Assembly: GCA_026770705.1 (NCBI GenBank)
Contig: JANJGN010000138.1
Location: 620,001 to 684,000 of the forward strand
Length of the DNA stretch: 64,000 nt
Reading direction: 5' to 3'
Source: Isurus oxyrinchus
Taxonomy: Eukaryota
A program made the position numbers and the translations under genes. The notes beneath the pieces are model-generated. The model ran no database searches. It had not been told where the DNA came from and worked only from the letters and a program-made list of their open reading frames with translations. Shown here piece after piece: positions 1 to 14,200 of this stretch (the stretch's first letter is position 1; every line of letters starts with the position of its first letter).

Positions 1-1529
1 CCTACCTGATATGTCAGAAAAATACAGCCCTAGCATCACTGCTTTCCTTTTGGCTGGACTGTCTGTCTATCATTGCTATTTCTTATTGACTAGAAAGGAT
101 AAGAATTCCCTCCACCTCTGCATTCCATTGGCTATTCCTCATTGCTATCAATCACTGATTCGATGCAAAACACAACCACTCACAGACCTTCCCTCCCTTT
201 AGGCGAGCTGCTAGCACATAATCGCGATCCATCACAATAATTGGATAGAAATACATCTGTTGGAAACAAGACCACAAATCCCAAAGAGATTTGGGGTGTC
301 ATGTCAGACAGAGTGAGCTCATTCAGATGAAGCGAAAGAGAGTAAGGGAGAGAAAGATAAAGATGATGGATTGAGGAAACAGGGATATGGACGTAGAGAG
401 AGTTTGAAGATATAGTGTGAAAGGCAGAGCCCAAGAAATGGAGACAGGTGGAGGGAGGGAGAGAGTCAAATTGGAAAATAATAATGTAACAACAAGAGGG
501 AGGCAGAGAGATGGACAGAAAAAAAGCAGAGAGAAGTCATTGATGGAAACAGTGAGAGAGAGAGGGACAGAGGGAGGAACAAATGTAAGGAGAAGCGCTG
601 AATGGCACAAATTATCTGTTGCCAATATGGAGGGTGCCTCCAATTTGGCAACGTGATACAGCTTGTGGGATCTTGCTGTTAGAAATTCGTCTGCAGCTTT
701 TTATGCACGATAACTTTTAATGTAATTAATTATTTGACTGTGGAACGTCGACAATGATTTGGAATTAAATTCTGAAATGTGAAGCGGCTCTATAAATTGT
801 GTTGCCTTATTTCAATAATTCCTGGGTTTTAGTTCCAATCACACATTAGACAAACAATATGTTTTGGTGAGATGGGGGATGTGGCCCTTCATTTGTTTTT
901 TGGAATCTGACAGCAGCTTTATCCCCCAACCCATTTATAGACGTGAAGTTAGATGCTTCTGAGGATTGGTTCGTGATGGGAGGAGGGCACATGTCTAATG
1001 ACACCTCGCAGCTCGTGTGGTCTTGAGGTCCACAACGTACCTGCAGCCTCTCCTGCACTGTAACTGTGGCGAGGCAGACACAATGAATCTTACTGAAGAG
1101 CTGATTGTGGATAGCATCCTTTGTACTCAGCCCAATCCTCCTCACCCTCAAAAAACTCTAGATAAGTCATCCCTAAATATACAACATGGCAATCACTTTC
1201 TCCGTCGTTATTTAAGTCTGTGAGACAGGAAACACTTCAGAGAGCATTTCATTCAAGATAACCCTGAGGTAAGGATAAAAATGGACAGCGACATTGACTG
1301 GAATGACTGACTAAGTAGTGGGGTGCAGTGAATTGGAGAACGACAATCCTGGCTGAGTGGCTATAGGATAACTCATCGACTCATAGACTTTTCAACAGAG
1401 TTAAAGATAATTTGCTCCTTTCATTTCTGCGGCCATCAGCAAAGGCCTGACTATGCTCATTCTATTTACCAGCGATTGGCTCATAGACCTAGAGGCAGTG
1501 GTAACAATAGTGAATATCTAAATACTTCT

Positions 1530-4500
1530 TTAGTGTTGAGACATGTTGAATCAGCCACCTTTTCAGGAAGAGCATTCCAGATTCGTATCACCCTCAGCTT
1601 GAAAGAAATTCTCCTCAGTTTCCCGCTTAGCCTTCTACATCTTTAACTAAATATATGGCCCCTGTAAATTCACCCATCTACTAAGGGGAAAAGCACCTCT
1701 CCAGCCACCCTTACAATAACCCTCATAATCTTATACACCTCTATCAGGTCCCCCGTGAACATTCGCTGCTCCCTGGAAAACAACACCAGCCTAGTGAATG
1801 TTTCATCATTGTCCAGACCTTCCAGCCCAAGTAGCATCCTCATATATCCCCTCTGCACCATCACCTGTTCAATCAAATTCTGTCTTTAATGTGATGACAA
1901 GGACTGCACTTGTAAACCAAACAGAAATTTGTACAGCTCCAGAATAACCTCTCCACTATTGTACTCTGAGCTTCAGCTACTAAAGGCTTCTTAACAAACT
2001 TATGCTTCTGCCGTGCTACCCTCATGGATCTGTGGAGATGCACACCAAGGTTCCACGGATCTTCAGTACTTGCCAGGGTCCTACTGTTCATAGTCCATTG
2101 CATTGTTAGCCATTACCAAGCCCATTACCACACACTTTTGATGGTTGAATTCCATTTGCCACAACTCTGCCAATCTGCCAAAACCATTGATAAACTCTTA
2201 GATTTCACAGGATTTCTCCTCAGTATTTACCACCCAAAAATTTTCGTCCAATCCACAATCATCTTGTTCATTTCTCCTAAATTTAACTCCAATTCATGTA
2301 AGCACACCGCAAACAGCAAGGGGACCGGCACTAGGCCTTGTGAAACCGCACTGGAAACCGACATTCAGTCACAGAAACAACCCTCTGTCATCAAGCGCTG
2401 CTCTTGCCTCTCAGCCAATTTTGTATCTTGCCATTTTTCTTGGATCCCAAGGGTTTTTTCCTACTTGACCCATCTTCCATGCATCAAAAGCCTTGCTAAA
2501 GCCCATTTAGAGCACATCAATTGTATTACGCTCATCAATTCTCCAAGTTGCCTCTTCAAAAAAGAACAATGTCAAATAGGACATTCCCTTAACAAATCCA
2601 TGCTGACTATTCTGGATTAATTCGTTTCTCTCAAATGCATTTGCATGCTGCCCCACATAATTCTTCCTAGTAAATTTCCCATCTACGAGGCGGTACTGAT
2701 TAGCCTTTAATTTGCTGGTCAAAACCTTCCTTAGTTTTAAAATAATAGGTTAACTTTGACTGTCCTCCAGTTCTGTAGATAATGAAGATTTGAAAATTAT
2801 TTAAAGAGCCCCTTGTTTACCTCCCTTGTTTCCCTCACGAGCAGGAGATACATTTCATCCGGACGAACGTATTGCGCCACTTTTAAGTCCGCTAACCTGC
2901 TAGTACCTCCTCTCTGTCTATGTTAACTCGTCCAAAATTTCACAGCTCTGCACTTTGATGCAGATACCTGCGTCGTTCTTTTCCATTGCGAATAAAAATC
3001 ACAGCGTATTAGCTGAAAACTGTAAGGACATCTTTTGTGACCACACCGATAACCTCTACGTTCCTTGATGATCCTATTCTTTCTCTCGTTATTTTATTGC
3101 TCTTTTTAAACTAAAAAAACTAAATAACCCTTTAATTCTTTTTAATCTAACGCTCAATGCTAAGTTACCCCTTGCAATTTTTGAGTTCCTCTAGGGGGAC
3201 TGTCATATTGAGCCATTGGTATCTGGTATAAGTTTCTCTTTCATTTCTCAATCCTAACCCTGTACGTCCCTTGACATGGAGCTTGTCATTACGGAAACCT
3301 ATTGGCCCTGTTCTCTCGCTATTTCCTGCTTGAATTCCAAGCAACTGCCCTGACACATTTTTATCTCCTATTAGGTGCTCACCGTCCACTTGGGCCAAAT
3401 TGAACCCCATCATATCAAAATTAGCCTTTCCCCACTATAGAACTTTTATTCCAAGGCGAAACCTCTCCTTTTCAATAACTCCTTTAAATTTAACAAAATT
3501 ATGGTCATTTTTGCCAACATGTTCCCCCACTGATACAGCTTCTACCTGACCAAGCTCATTTACGAATATTTGATCCAAAACTGATCGGTCCCTTCTTGGA
3601 TTGTCTACATATTTACCAGAAAAGTTCTCCTGGGTGTAATTTAAAAAGAATTCTCTTGCCCCACCTTGCACGATAATACTATCCCAGTTAATAGACATTT
3701 GTGCAGGTAAAATTTCCTACTACCACTACACTATTATTCTTACACTTCTCTGAACTTTGATTGAATAGTTAAACCTTTAACTCTCCCTTGACTCATTTGG
3801 GAGCTTATGGCACACACCCAACAGCGTGTTTGCACCTTTTGTGCTTTTACTGCTACCCATATGGCCTCATTTGAGGGCCCTTCCAAATAACATCCCGCTC
3901 TGCTGCTATAACTGATTCCTTTATCGATATTGCGACCCCGCCTCCTCTGCTATCCCCCTCGCTACCTTGTCTGAATGTCCATTTGCCAGGATTGTTGAGT
4001 TTCCAATCCTGCTCTTCTTTTAGCCAATTCTCAGTAATAGCATTTACATCGATGTGCCTATCTGTGCCCTCGGATCCTCTGGCTTTTTACCTCGAACTCC
4101 TTGCATAAACCATACATTCTGTTTAGTCTTGCAAAACATACTTAATTGGTATCTAGCCAATATCCTCTAACTTCGAGAAACACTTACTCGCATTTAAAAT
4201 TCTAGTTCCTTCCAAGCTGCTCCCGCATCAGAACTCCGTTTCAGGATTGTTTTACCCCGAGAATTTAGTTTACATCTGTCCCAAGGGCATTGGAAATTCT
4301 CGCTGCAACAATTCTGGTCCCGTTCCTGTTCAGATATAACCCGTCTAATTTGATTAGGCCCCACCTCCCACAGAAGCGTTCTCGATGCCCCCGGAATCCA
4401 AATCTGTCCCTCCTGCACCAGCTCTCAAGCCACGTATTAATCTTTCCTTTCCTTCTATTCCTATTTTCAGTGCTGCGTAGCACCAGGAAGACTCTGGAGA

Positions 4501-4660
4501 TTACTAACTTTGAAGTCCTGCTTTCCAATTTGCTAACTAACTCCATAAAATCTGCTTCCAGGAAAACATTTCTTCCCATATCAATAGTCCAAACATGGAC
4601 CACGACATCTGCCTGTTCAGTTTGCTCTTTGGAATGCCCTGCAGCCATCTGGTGACTCGT
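1530..4660 (-). mobile_element. Near full-length decayed CR1 LINE (ORF1 SGNH-esterase remnant, APE endonuclease, RT, 3' end)
   Basis: Minus-strand ORF pieces in CR1 order: 4265-4699 VVVHVWTIDMGR..WLESWCRR..DGLYLNRNGT (esterase ORF1); 3435-3698 INWD..VLDQIFVNELGQV..VGEHVGKNDH (APE); 2507-2722 SQHGFVKG..FEEAT..ID (RT); 1670-1876 GDLIEVYKIMR..LFPLV (C-terminus). Many stops and frameshifts. Confidence 0.92.
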
Positions 4661-4699
4661 GAAGGCTAAGGAAGGTGCACATACTGGCATACAGACCAA

Positions 4700-5150
4700 A
4701 AAGTAGAATGTATGAATAGGAGAAGAAGCTTCAGAATTCTGCCAAAAAACAACTTAGAAACATTAACATATGGCAGTGTTGGAGGAGGCGTTTGAAGGCT
4801 GTGTGAATGAAAACATATTAAGGTGGATAAAAAAGGGAAAAAACAGGATAAGACAATGAATGGAAGAAAGTGAAAACAGCTATAGTATAAAATTTAAAAA
4901 TAAAAACAAAGGGATTTTAAATGGTGTTAAAGTGGAGGAGTGTGCTCATGGTCCAAACTTGTTTAACTCATTGTTAATTTTGGAAAACTGCAAAGAGCTG
5001 AATTGGAACTTTGCGTTGGGCTAGACTGGAACATTGCAGCAGGCCAAGCACGGACATGTAGGCATTGGAGTAGGATGATGTGTTGACATGGTAAGCAAAA
5101 AGAAGATCTAGGTCATGTTTTCTGACAGACCACATGTGTTCCATGAATAG
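4700..5150 (-). mobile_element. Old Penelope-like element fragment (GIY-YIG 3' end and downstream region)
   Basis: 4930-5130 resembles the reverse complement of 28700-28910 (e.g. ctggaacattgcagcaggccaagcacggacatgt vs ctggaacaatgcagcaagccaaggacagacatgt). Confidence 0.7.
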
Positions 5151-5269
5151 TCAACTATTCCAGTTTGATCACCAAAATGAAGAGCAGACCGTAATCTGAG
5201 GAGCGAAAGTTTTATTCTGCATCTGGCTCCATGCTGCACCTCCCCTGTGATTGTTTGATTGCGACACTT

Positions 5270-5655
5270 TGGACGAAAATGTATCCTGTATGTAATCCCA
5301 TGCTGTACCTGATGAGGGAGCATTTAATGCAGAAAGTGCAGAGGAAAGACAAGTCTACATCCAAACAAGTATTGTTTTTGTAGAGGGAGTGTTATATCTG
5401 GACATTATAGTGGGAGTGTTACCCTCTATCTAACACTGTGTTGCACCTATGAAGGTGTGTTTATTCAACACAGTGTACATGGCCCTTTAATCAGTATCTA
5501 ACCCCGTGCCGTTTCTGTGTAGCGTGCCTTTGAGTGGACAGTGTAGAGAGATACTTGTACTCCATCTAACCCAGTGCTGTAATTCTAATGCAAGTGTTTG
5601 TTGGAGACAATGTAGAGATAGGATTACTTTATATCTAACCCTGTGCTGCACCTTA
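5270..5655. repeat. Degenerate ~68-bp tandem repeat (..cagtgtagag..tctaacccc gtgctg..)
   Basis: TCTAAC(A/C)C..TG(C/T)TG motif recurs at ~5428, 5497, 5565 and 5634, a 68-69 bp period. Confidence 0.75.
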
Positions 5656-6734
5656 AGTTTCCACCACCACCAAAAGCACCACCACCACTACCGTACACAT
5701 TAAATGGAAATGAACCATCTCTTCACCGTTCCTGTATCAGGTGTGCAATTCCTCTTTCCAAACTGTGGGATCTAAATCTTACTTTACAGTAATCGCACTC
5801 GCTCTGTTGGGCCATCCGGCTGTACCCAGGCCCGCCTGTCACTAATCTCAAAATGTAGTCTGCCATAGAACCCAGGGTATTTGCCATGACTAATTTCATC
5901 TTCATATATATATATATATATCATTCATTCAGTATAAAAAAGACCAACTGAGTTATATTGACTCAAAAAGCCAAGCACTCCTGGAAATACATTTTTATCA
6001 GGTGTTTCCAGATCCCTAAAATTTTAATTCAGGAATCCGCTTCCCTGTCCTCTTATACCTCTATTGGCTGAGACCCCCTGTCCTGCATTCAGAATCATGA
6101 CATTTATTCAATAATTATCCATCTTTATTATGAAATATTTTGTTTCACTTTCAGTGTTGTTGGGGCTGCACTCATCTAGGCGAGAAGGCAGATTGTGTAC
6201 GAAATAGCTCAGGCAAATATGATCATTTTTTAACCAATAGTTTAACATTGACATTTACATCTGCATCTTTTGGACATAAGGAGGTGGAGATAAGACTCTC
6301 TCCGGGGGATGGGGTGGGGGGTGGTGTTTGTGGGGGCCGGTTTTGTGGGGGACGGTTGGGGTGGGGCGATACAAAACTGGGCTGAGAAGGAAACAACATT
6401 TTGTGTATTTCTGAAGCTTTAGATTTCGTGCCTGATTCTCTCGTTGCAGATAACGGTGTTTCCATGTGTGGGATACTGAGGCCGCAGCTGATAAAGGGTG
6501 AATAAGTCTGTGGAATGAACTGATTACATGAAGTGTTGCAAATAATCTTAAATATGTAAATCAATCAGCTCCCACTTCACATCATTACTGTCGGGCCGAG
6601 CAATTCAAATCAGCTATTCCTTTGAATAATTATTACAGTGATAACGTTGTCTGGTTGGCGTATCTTTCAAAATATGTTTATGTATAATTTCTGGCTTGAA
6701 GAAGATATATTGATGATGAGTTATTATTTGTTGT

Positions 6735-8345
6735 TACACTTTCATGGGATTTGGTGCTTGATGGCTGAACCAACAATTATTTCCATTTATTAGTTGCTTT
6801 TATGAACATGATGGTGAGCTGCCTCCTTCAACTGCGGCAGTCCATGTGGTGGAGGTACACCAACAGTGCTGTTAGGAAGGCAGATCTCAGGATTTCAACC
6901 TTTGATAGTGACAGGAAGGGGGACTATTATGAAGTCAGGATGGTACATTGATCGGATGTAAAATCCACGTGATGATGTTCCCCCATATCTGCTGCCATTG
7001 TCGTTCGAGTTGGTATAGGTACTTGATTTAAAATGTGCTGTAGAGGGAGCCCTGGTTTGTTTCTGCAGTGAATCTTGTGGATGATACACACTGTTTCTAC
7101 TGTGCATAGTTGGTGCAGGGGGTAGATGTAGATGGTGGTAGAGAGGGTCTAAATCCTCTAGAACGTTGTGGAGCTGCTCTCCTCCAGGCGACTGCGGAGT
7201 TTCCATCACACACCTGGCTTGAGAATTATTGACAGGCTTTAGGTTGTAGGGAGGTATGTTAATAGTTGCAGTTTTCCTGGCCTATGAACTGCACTCGTAG
7301 CCATATTTTTTTTTTATATATACAGCTGACGTAGATCAGTCTCTAGCCATTATTATCTCTCAGGCTGTTAATAACGAGGGATTCAGCGATGGCAATGCTT
7401 ATAAAAGTCAAGGACCCATGCTTGCACTCTCTCTTATTGGAGACTGCCTTCGGTGATGTGATGTGTTTCCCCTAACAGTCAGCGTAGTCCTGGGTAATGT
7501 CGAGGTCTCTATGTATTTTGTAATTTATCTGCTTCGGTTACTAAGGACTCCCGAAAGGTGCTGAACATTGTGCAGCTATCGATGAACATCACCCCTTCGG
7601 GTCTTTTGGTGGAAGGCAGTTCATGATAAAGCAGCTGAAGGTGGTTGACCCTCCATGAGAACTACTGCAGTGATATCCTGGAACTGAAATGATTGACCAC
7701 TAACTACCACAGCATCGTTCCTTTGTACCAGGTAGGAAGTTAACCAGTGGAGAGCTTTCCCCATGATTCCCAATGACATCAGTTTTGCTGGGATCCTTGT
7801 TGCGACATTTGGTCTATTGTTGCCTTGATGTCAAGGGCGTCCACTTTCACCTCATCTCGGGAGGTTTGGTCATTTGTCCATGTTCCAGTTAAAGAGCGTG
7901 ATGAAGTGAGGGGCAGAGTGATCCTGGCGGAACCCAAACTGAGAGTTATGGAGGAGCTTATTGCTGAGTAAATCAAAAGTAAATGTGTTGAAGATGCTTT
8001 GCATTAGTTTGCTTGCACCGAGTAGCCCCATCATAGACCGGCGACTGGACGTGTTGTATTCGTCCTTACATTTGCTTGGAGGATATACCAGGACAATTTT
8101 CCACATGGCCGGCTAGATACCAGTATTGTAGCTGTACGGGAACAGCTTGGCTAGGCGGGTAGCAAGTTTTGGAGAACAGCTCTTCAGCACTATTGCTCTA
8201 ATTTATTCAGGGCCCATGGTCTCTGCATTGTCCAATGTCTTCAGCCATCTCTTGCTATCACGTGGACTGACTCAGTTTGGCTGAAGGCTGACATCGATGA
8301 AGGGTTATGCTCACGAGGGTGAGATCGATCAACCAGTCGGCCTCC
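6735..8345 (-). mobile_element. Decayed CR1-superfamily (Zenon-like) LINE, 3' part with RT
   Basis: LLSNKLLHNSQFGFRQDHSAP (7870-8106) and EVKVDALDIKATID (7779-7976) RT motifs; colinear with the copy at 23483-24990. Confidence 0.8.
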
Positions 8346-9689
8346 AAGTGCTAAGAATTTAAAGTTTTACAGCTGTTTACCAGTGATTGGAATCATTTTT
8401 ACTCAAGTTAGAACACCATCATCTTCCCAAAATTGATCTTCATGGATTGTGAGGAATATCTCGCAGTTTTGTACCGTGTTTGATCATCAAACAAAATTAA
8501 TTGAATTGTTAATGCGAGTAAATCAAGACCTATAAAATATTTCTAACCTATTGCATGATAATAAAGAATCGTAAGACTTCTGTGTAAATTGCTGAGTTCA
8601 ATTAAACGGAATCTGTAAGTAGCAGAGGCAGCTATTTACCTTTGAGATGATATAACAATTACAGTCAGTGCCAGGGCAGCATCATCCAATGTTCAATTTA
8701 TCTTTGCAAAACTGCATACTTCCGCAGCCACATGATGCATTTTACTGACCACACAGTAAATGCCCAATTCAATACATTAATGCCCGACCTCTTTTATGTT
8801 ATTACATGTTCAATCGCAGGACTGACTACATCTTTTAAAAATATTCCTCTTTTAATCGAACACACCCTCCAGCAATGAGAATATGGTGGCCGTGTGTGGT
8901 AGATGTGGAGGGAGGACAAAAACATTTTTTTCCGACGTTGGGAGACCTGGTCGGGTTCTTCCCATCCGAATACAAGGCAGTTTAAATGTGGCCCCCATTT
9001 CCCACGGTTAAAGTCGGGAGCACATGTTTCATCTCACGAATGCTCATTAACTTAGCATCAGACGAGAGCATAGTGGGCTTCACGCCCTAACCAGTATCAT
9101 TCTCACCATTCGGATTCCAGGCCTGGCAATCTGTCGTGCATGGTGTGAGTGAGAACCCTCTCTAACCAAACTGATCGTGCAGACACCGTTCAACCAACTT
9201 TGTTAGGTGCCTGGGTCTTGGGCCCAGGTGATGGTATGATGGCAAGGAATAGGAAAAAGACACAAAGGGAGTTGGGGGAGGCGTGCGGAGGGTTGCATCC
9301 TTAAAAAGCACCTGAGGGTCTGAATGGAATTCAGAAAAGAGGTGGCATCGAATGTGGTTTTTATAAGAAATCCTGGATGGTAATCTCTGAAGGGAATTTT
9401 GGGGGTTTGCCTGTAAATGGCTGAAGAACGTCGCCTGCAAATGGTAGTGGGGAACGTGCTCTCTAAAGGTAGGGCGTCAATGGTTTTCTTTTTGGGTTTG
9501 GGCTTGTGGTTTGTGGTTAAGAGTCATTGCCTGTTCTGGACTGGTTAGCGCTGTGTTGAGGTCCTGCATGCTACCTGAGGGTTTAATTTCTTAGTGCATA
9601 TGGTTACAGTGACATTGTGTAGAAAGATGACTTAGGGTGGGATGATAAATATGCATCTCTTTCTCAGTTGCAATGTTGGTGGGGAGGGT

Positions 9690-9930
9690 GATGGAGGGCG
9701 ACTGTAGAGGTGGCATCAAAAAGGGGTTGAGCAGGGCGAGTGTGAGCTTGAGCAAAGTAACGTGTGTGGCATCAGGAGAAGGGAAGGTTTGTCCCGTTTT
9801 TGTGTTATAGGTTCCAGGGAGATGCGAGAAGGTTCAAGCCTGCCAGAGGGAAGTGTTGGTTTCACATTGCAGAGTGCTGAATGGTGATTGGGGGAAGATG
9901 CTGGGTGACAGGCTATAACTTGATGGATCA
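9690..9930 (+). mobile_element. Possible PIF/Harbinger transposase remnant
   Basis: Very degenerate matches to NRKG..NVQ.VC, RFPGS and LLGD.GY motifs (ctgggtgacaggctat at ~9901). Confidence 0.3.
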
Positions 9931-10129
9931 TTCAGAAACTGAACATCTAATGACAATCAAGCTGACAAAATGGCCAGTGTCTAATCATACATCAAGTAAC
10001 TGACTGATTATTAGCTGACCAGGTACCCAGCAAAGTAAGGGTCAGAATACAGTGAGACAGAACTGCAAGACGTTCTAGAACTGAAGATTTAGTGACCGGA
10101 AACAACGCAGTGTATATACATATGACAGG

Positions 10130-10470
10130 GGATCCAGGTACTGACCAATTCTCCACGACCTGTTAGAAAACGTCCAATATCCCAGAGCAGAGCTAAATTC
10201 CCATAAAGTCGATGGAGACTTGGGCCTAGGAAATGAAGCTGGATAGGTGGAAGATGGATCAGTGCAGAACTATTCAGTGATAATTATCATACTGACTGCA
10301 AACATAGAGGCAGAGTTCAGAAATAAGGAAAGGTTAAGATTATCAGATGAGTTGTGATTTTGACTGGAAGGAATGGAAAGCATCTTCTTCAATATCATAG
10401 TAGGAACAGTGGAAGTTTTCAAGGAGCACAGAGTGATGTTAAAGACTAAGTATGCCCCTGGAAATTGATA
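10130..10470 (+). mobile_element. CR1 endonuclease-region fragment
   Basis: gacttgggcctaggaaatgaagctggataggtggaagatggatcagtg resembles the CR1 APE motif LDLVLGNEAGQVEDVSV. Confidence 0.6.
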
Positions 10471-10839
10471 TAATATGGCAGAAGATCTATGCCGGACGAC
10501 GTAAATCCCCTATGGAAACTTGATTGTGCTGCAACAGCCGTTTTGCAATTTGCACTTATTAAGAGACATGTGCACTGATTTCAGAAGCAATAAGTCCTCC
10601 AACACCTTTCGAGGTTTCAAAAATTAAATTAAATTATATTTTAAGACAATATAAAGATTTCAGTTACATCCATAAAACTACAAATTGCTTTTTGGCAGAG
10701 GAACTACTGAGGTTCCTAAATAAACTAATCCCCAGTCACGCCCCCTTTAAGGCAACAGTCCAAAATAGATTTCAGAATTAAAACGGGCCTAGCACATTAA
10801 AAAAAAAGATAGCGGAATTCCAAACGGCTTTGCCCCAAC

Positions 10840-11243
10840 CCGAGTTTCTGCAGCCTTGCCCCCTCCTCAATACTACCTGTGCCTCCAGCTATCTTTGTAT
10901 CTTCTGTAACCTTAACTACGATGCCCTCAGTTCCTTCATCTAGAACTTTAATGTATAAAGTGAAACGTTGTTGTCCCAACACTAACCCCTGCGGAACTCC
11001 ACTAGTCACCAGCCGCCATTTTGAGAAGGACCTCCTTATCTCCACTCTTTGTCTGCTTCCAGACAGCCAATCTTCTATCCATGCAAGTACTTTGCCTCTA
11101 ACACCATGGGCTCTTATCTTACTGAGGAACCTCCTGTGCGGCGCCTTGTCAAAGGCCTTCTGGAAGTCCAAGTAGATAACATCCATTGGCTCTTCTTTGT
11201 CTATCCTACTCATTAGCTCATGAAAAGAATTCTGACAGATTTG
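10840..11243 (-). mobile_element. CR1 RT fragment inside the LTR element
   Basis: DVIYLDFQKAFDKAPHRR..VTSGVPQGLVLG (ORF 10797-11249). Confidence 0.9.
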
Positions 11244-14200
11244 AGTCAACTGAAGTTACTTCAGCCTATTGTCCAGCCTTGAAATCTCCAATTTCCCTAT
11301 CATCTGTAAGCATGAATGCAGCTGCAATTAGACTTTCTCAAACAGTCGAATGCACTGAATGTGCTTTGCATGATGGCCGTTAAAAGCTTCATCTGAATAC
11401 TATTGCACGTCGGCCTCGAAACCTGTCCAGATATTTTAAAGGATTGTTCTTTGTATAAGCAATTATTTCTTTTGAACTATTTGCAAATAAACTTCAATAT
11501 TTTGCAACGCTAAGACCAGACCTTGTGTCTCCTTTTCGACCGTTTAACATATTCTTTGATGTGCATTTCAACTTTCTTTATTTTTATTTTCAGTTCCATA
11601 TTCTTGCAACAGCAAAGCGCCATTGCCTGCATGAGTTGCGTCAACAGCCAACTTAAATTACTTGGCATTTTTGCCTACTGCCAAAACTGATGTCTTGGTT
11701 GATACAGTTTTTAATCTGTCACATGACTTCAGACTCTCCAGTGTTCATTGAAACTACATGTTGTCTTCTTCATCGGTCAGCTAATGGAGCAATCGTACAC
11801 TTAAAATGTGGTACAAACGTCCAGTAAAACCCATCATTGCAGAAATCTTAGAACTTCTCAATTTGTTGTCGGAACGGGGAATCCTGCATTGGCTTTGACA
11901 TTCATTGCTCTTTGAGCCACCATTAGAGGTCAAATGAAATGTAACTTGTACTTTTGTAAATCCGCTTCGCCACCAAATTGGATTCTTGCAATGGTTTAAG
12001 TAATTCTTCCAGTTGTAAATGCTCTTCCACGCCTGGCTGAAAACTATCAAGCCATCAAAATCGATAGTCCAATTGCTCAGCCGAGCAATGACTTTCTCAA
12101 TGTTTGAAATGATGCTGGTGCATTTTTCATACCGAATGGCATTAATTAAACTGATGTAATCAACTTGGCAAAACAAAAGAAAGCGATATCTCCTCTGCCT
12201 TCTCTGATAACTCTACTTGCCCATATGCTTCAGCCAGTCAGATTTTGTGATGAAGATTGATTGCTCCGATGCCTCAAAGCAATTTCCCAACTATGGTATG
12301 GGATAGAAATCAACTTTTGTCACTACATTCAACTTAAAATAGTCCCCTCACAGTTCTGAGTTCCACCTGGTTGTGTACCATCACAATATGCAAAATCTAA
12401 TTACAGCACTGAGACAAAATAATGTAATTTTAAGAATGAATTCTGTTACTTTCTCTTCTTGTGATAACTTTGGTGGGTTTAATCAACCAGGAAGTTTATT
12501 TTATTGAAATTTACTCCCCTACACCAAAATTATATGTAGCTAAATTTGGCCTCGTTATCTTTTCCTGTAGTAGCTTTGTGCGAGTGCAATACTTTCTCCA
12601 TATCATTTCAAAGCTTGTTTGGAAGATAACTCTGTTGTACCTTTACAGTAGAAGTATCCCATATAAAAAATGTGGTTCGATGAACTTTCAGAATCCTTCA
12701 TTTATAACTTTCTCTCTCTAAATCTACCACAACAATGCCTCAATTTGCTTCTCTTTGTCATAGTGATATTTTAACATATTTGCATGACACACGCACTGTG
12801 TCTTCCCTCCAGCTGGAGTACTAATTCAATAATTTATTTCACTCAGTATCCTGTCAATCCTGTAACGCCCAACAAACTTTCCTTTTAACAATTCATCCCG
12901 CACTGGTGACAAAACGTAAATTTTGCCTCATTTAAAAATAAAATACAAGCAGTGGCTCTCCTCTCTACCTTTAATTTAATCACATGTTCTGCTGACTTTA
13001 AATGTTCCCCAGCTTGCTAGCATGCTGTGGTAAATATTTCGTTGAAGTTTGATGCATAATCATGGAGAGTATTTTCCGAATTTTGACCAACAAATTTCCG
13101 TTTAATGAACTTTACTCCTACATTTACCTCTTGACCATAAACTAATTCGAACGGTATAAATCTAATAGATGCATTAGGAGCAACACAAGGAGCAATCAGC
13201 ACGAGTGGAACACCCCTAAACCAATCCATACTTGATGATAAGCCGTCATAGTTGTTTTTAAATGTTGGTGCATTTTTTCCAAAGCCACTTATAATTCAGG
13301 ATGATAGGTTGTTGACCTTATTTTTTTTTTATCCCCAAGAAGGTCGTTACTTCTGAAAACAGCTATGACATGAATTTTGACCGCTGATCGAATTGCATTT
13401 CTTTAGGTAAAGCATGTTTCTTGGAAAAAAAATGTCACTTCCTCCAAAATTCGCTTCTGTAATGTTTCCCGAAGGTATCGCCTGTTCAATCCATGTTGAC
13501 ATATCCATTATTGTTAGCAAGAACAGATTTCCACTTTTCGCCTTAGGGAGCTGTCCTGCACAATCATCCATAACAGTAGAAAAAACGTTGCTGCAGTGAT
13601 GGAATTGGTGTTCAAGATGCCTGCTTGATCACTGCTTGTAGGTTGCCTATCACCTGCCATGTGTGACATGATCTATCGAATTTCATTACATCTCTATGCA
13701 ATCCAGAACAATGGAAATACCTTTTCTCTCTTCTGTGTATTTCTAATTCCTAAATTCGCCCTATTGGAATTCCCAGAGCTACTCTTAATGCCCAATTTAT
13801 AAACCCAGCAGGTATACCAACCTGATGCACTTACATCCATTTTTACCCGCCAGAACTTGATATGGTCACAATTTCTTTATTAACATATTGCCCTTTAGGT
13901 AGTACCATTTTGGAATACATTCTCCCTCTGTTTCTGAGTGAGCTGTCTGATATAACTATGCCATTCGTGGATCTTTTAGTTGTGGCTCTACCAAATGGCT
14001 TAAAGTAAACACTTCAGCTTCATTATCTTCCATTATTTCTCCCTGAACATTTTTATCAGAGGTCGTGTCAGCTGATTGAGCTTTAGCATGTTTCTCCTGT
14101 CTTTAACATTGCTCTTCTTCCTGTTTCCACGTGTGAACTAGTGATCTTGTGAGTGCACAATCTGGAAACAATCCAAAATGCTCTTTCTTCAACATTTCTG

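Noticed and set aside
2024-2620. Longest ORF (198 aa, + strand) as a gene
   Set aside because: It is antisense to CR1 RT and has no recognisable domain.
5270-5655. Repeat-spacer pattern with ~68-bp period
   Set aside because: The whole unit is homologous between copies; it is a decayed tandem repeat.
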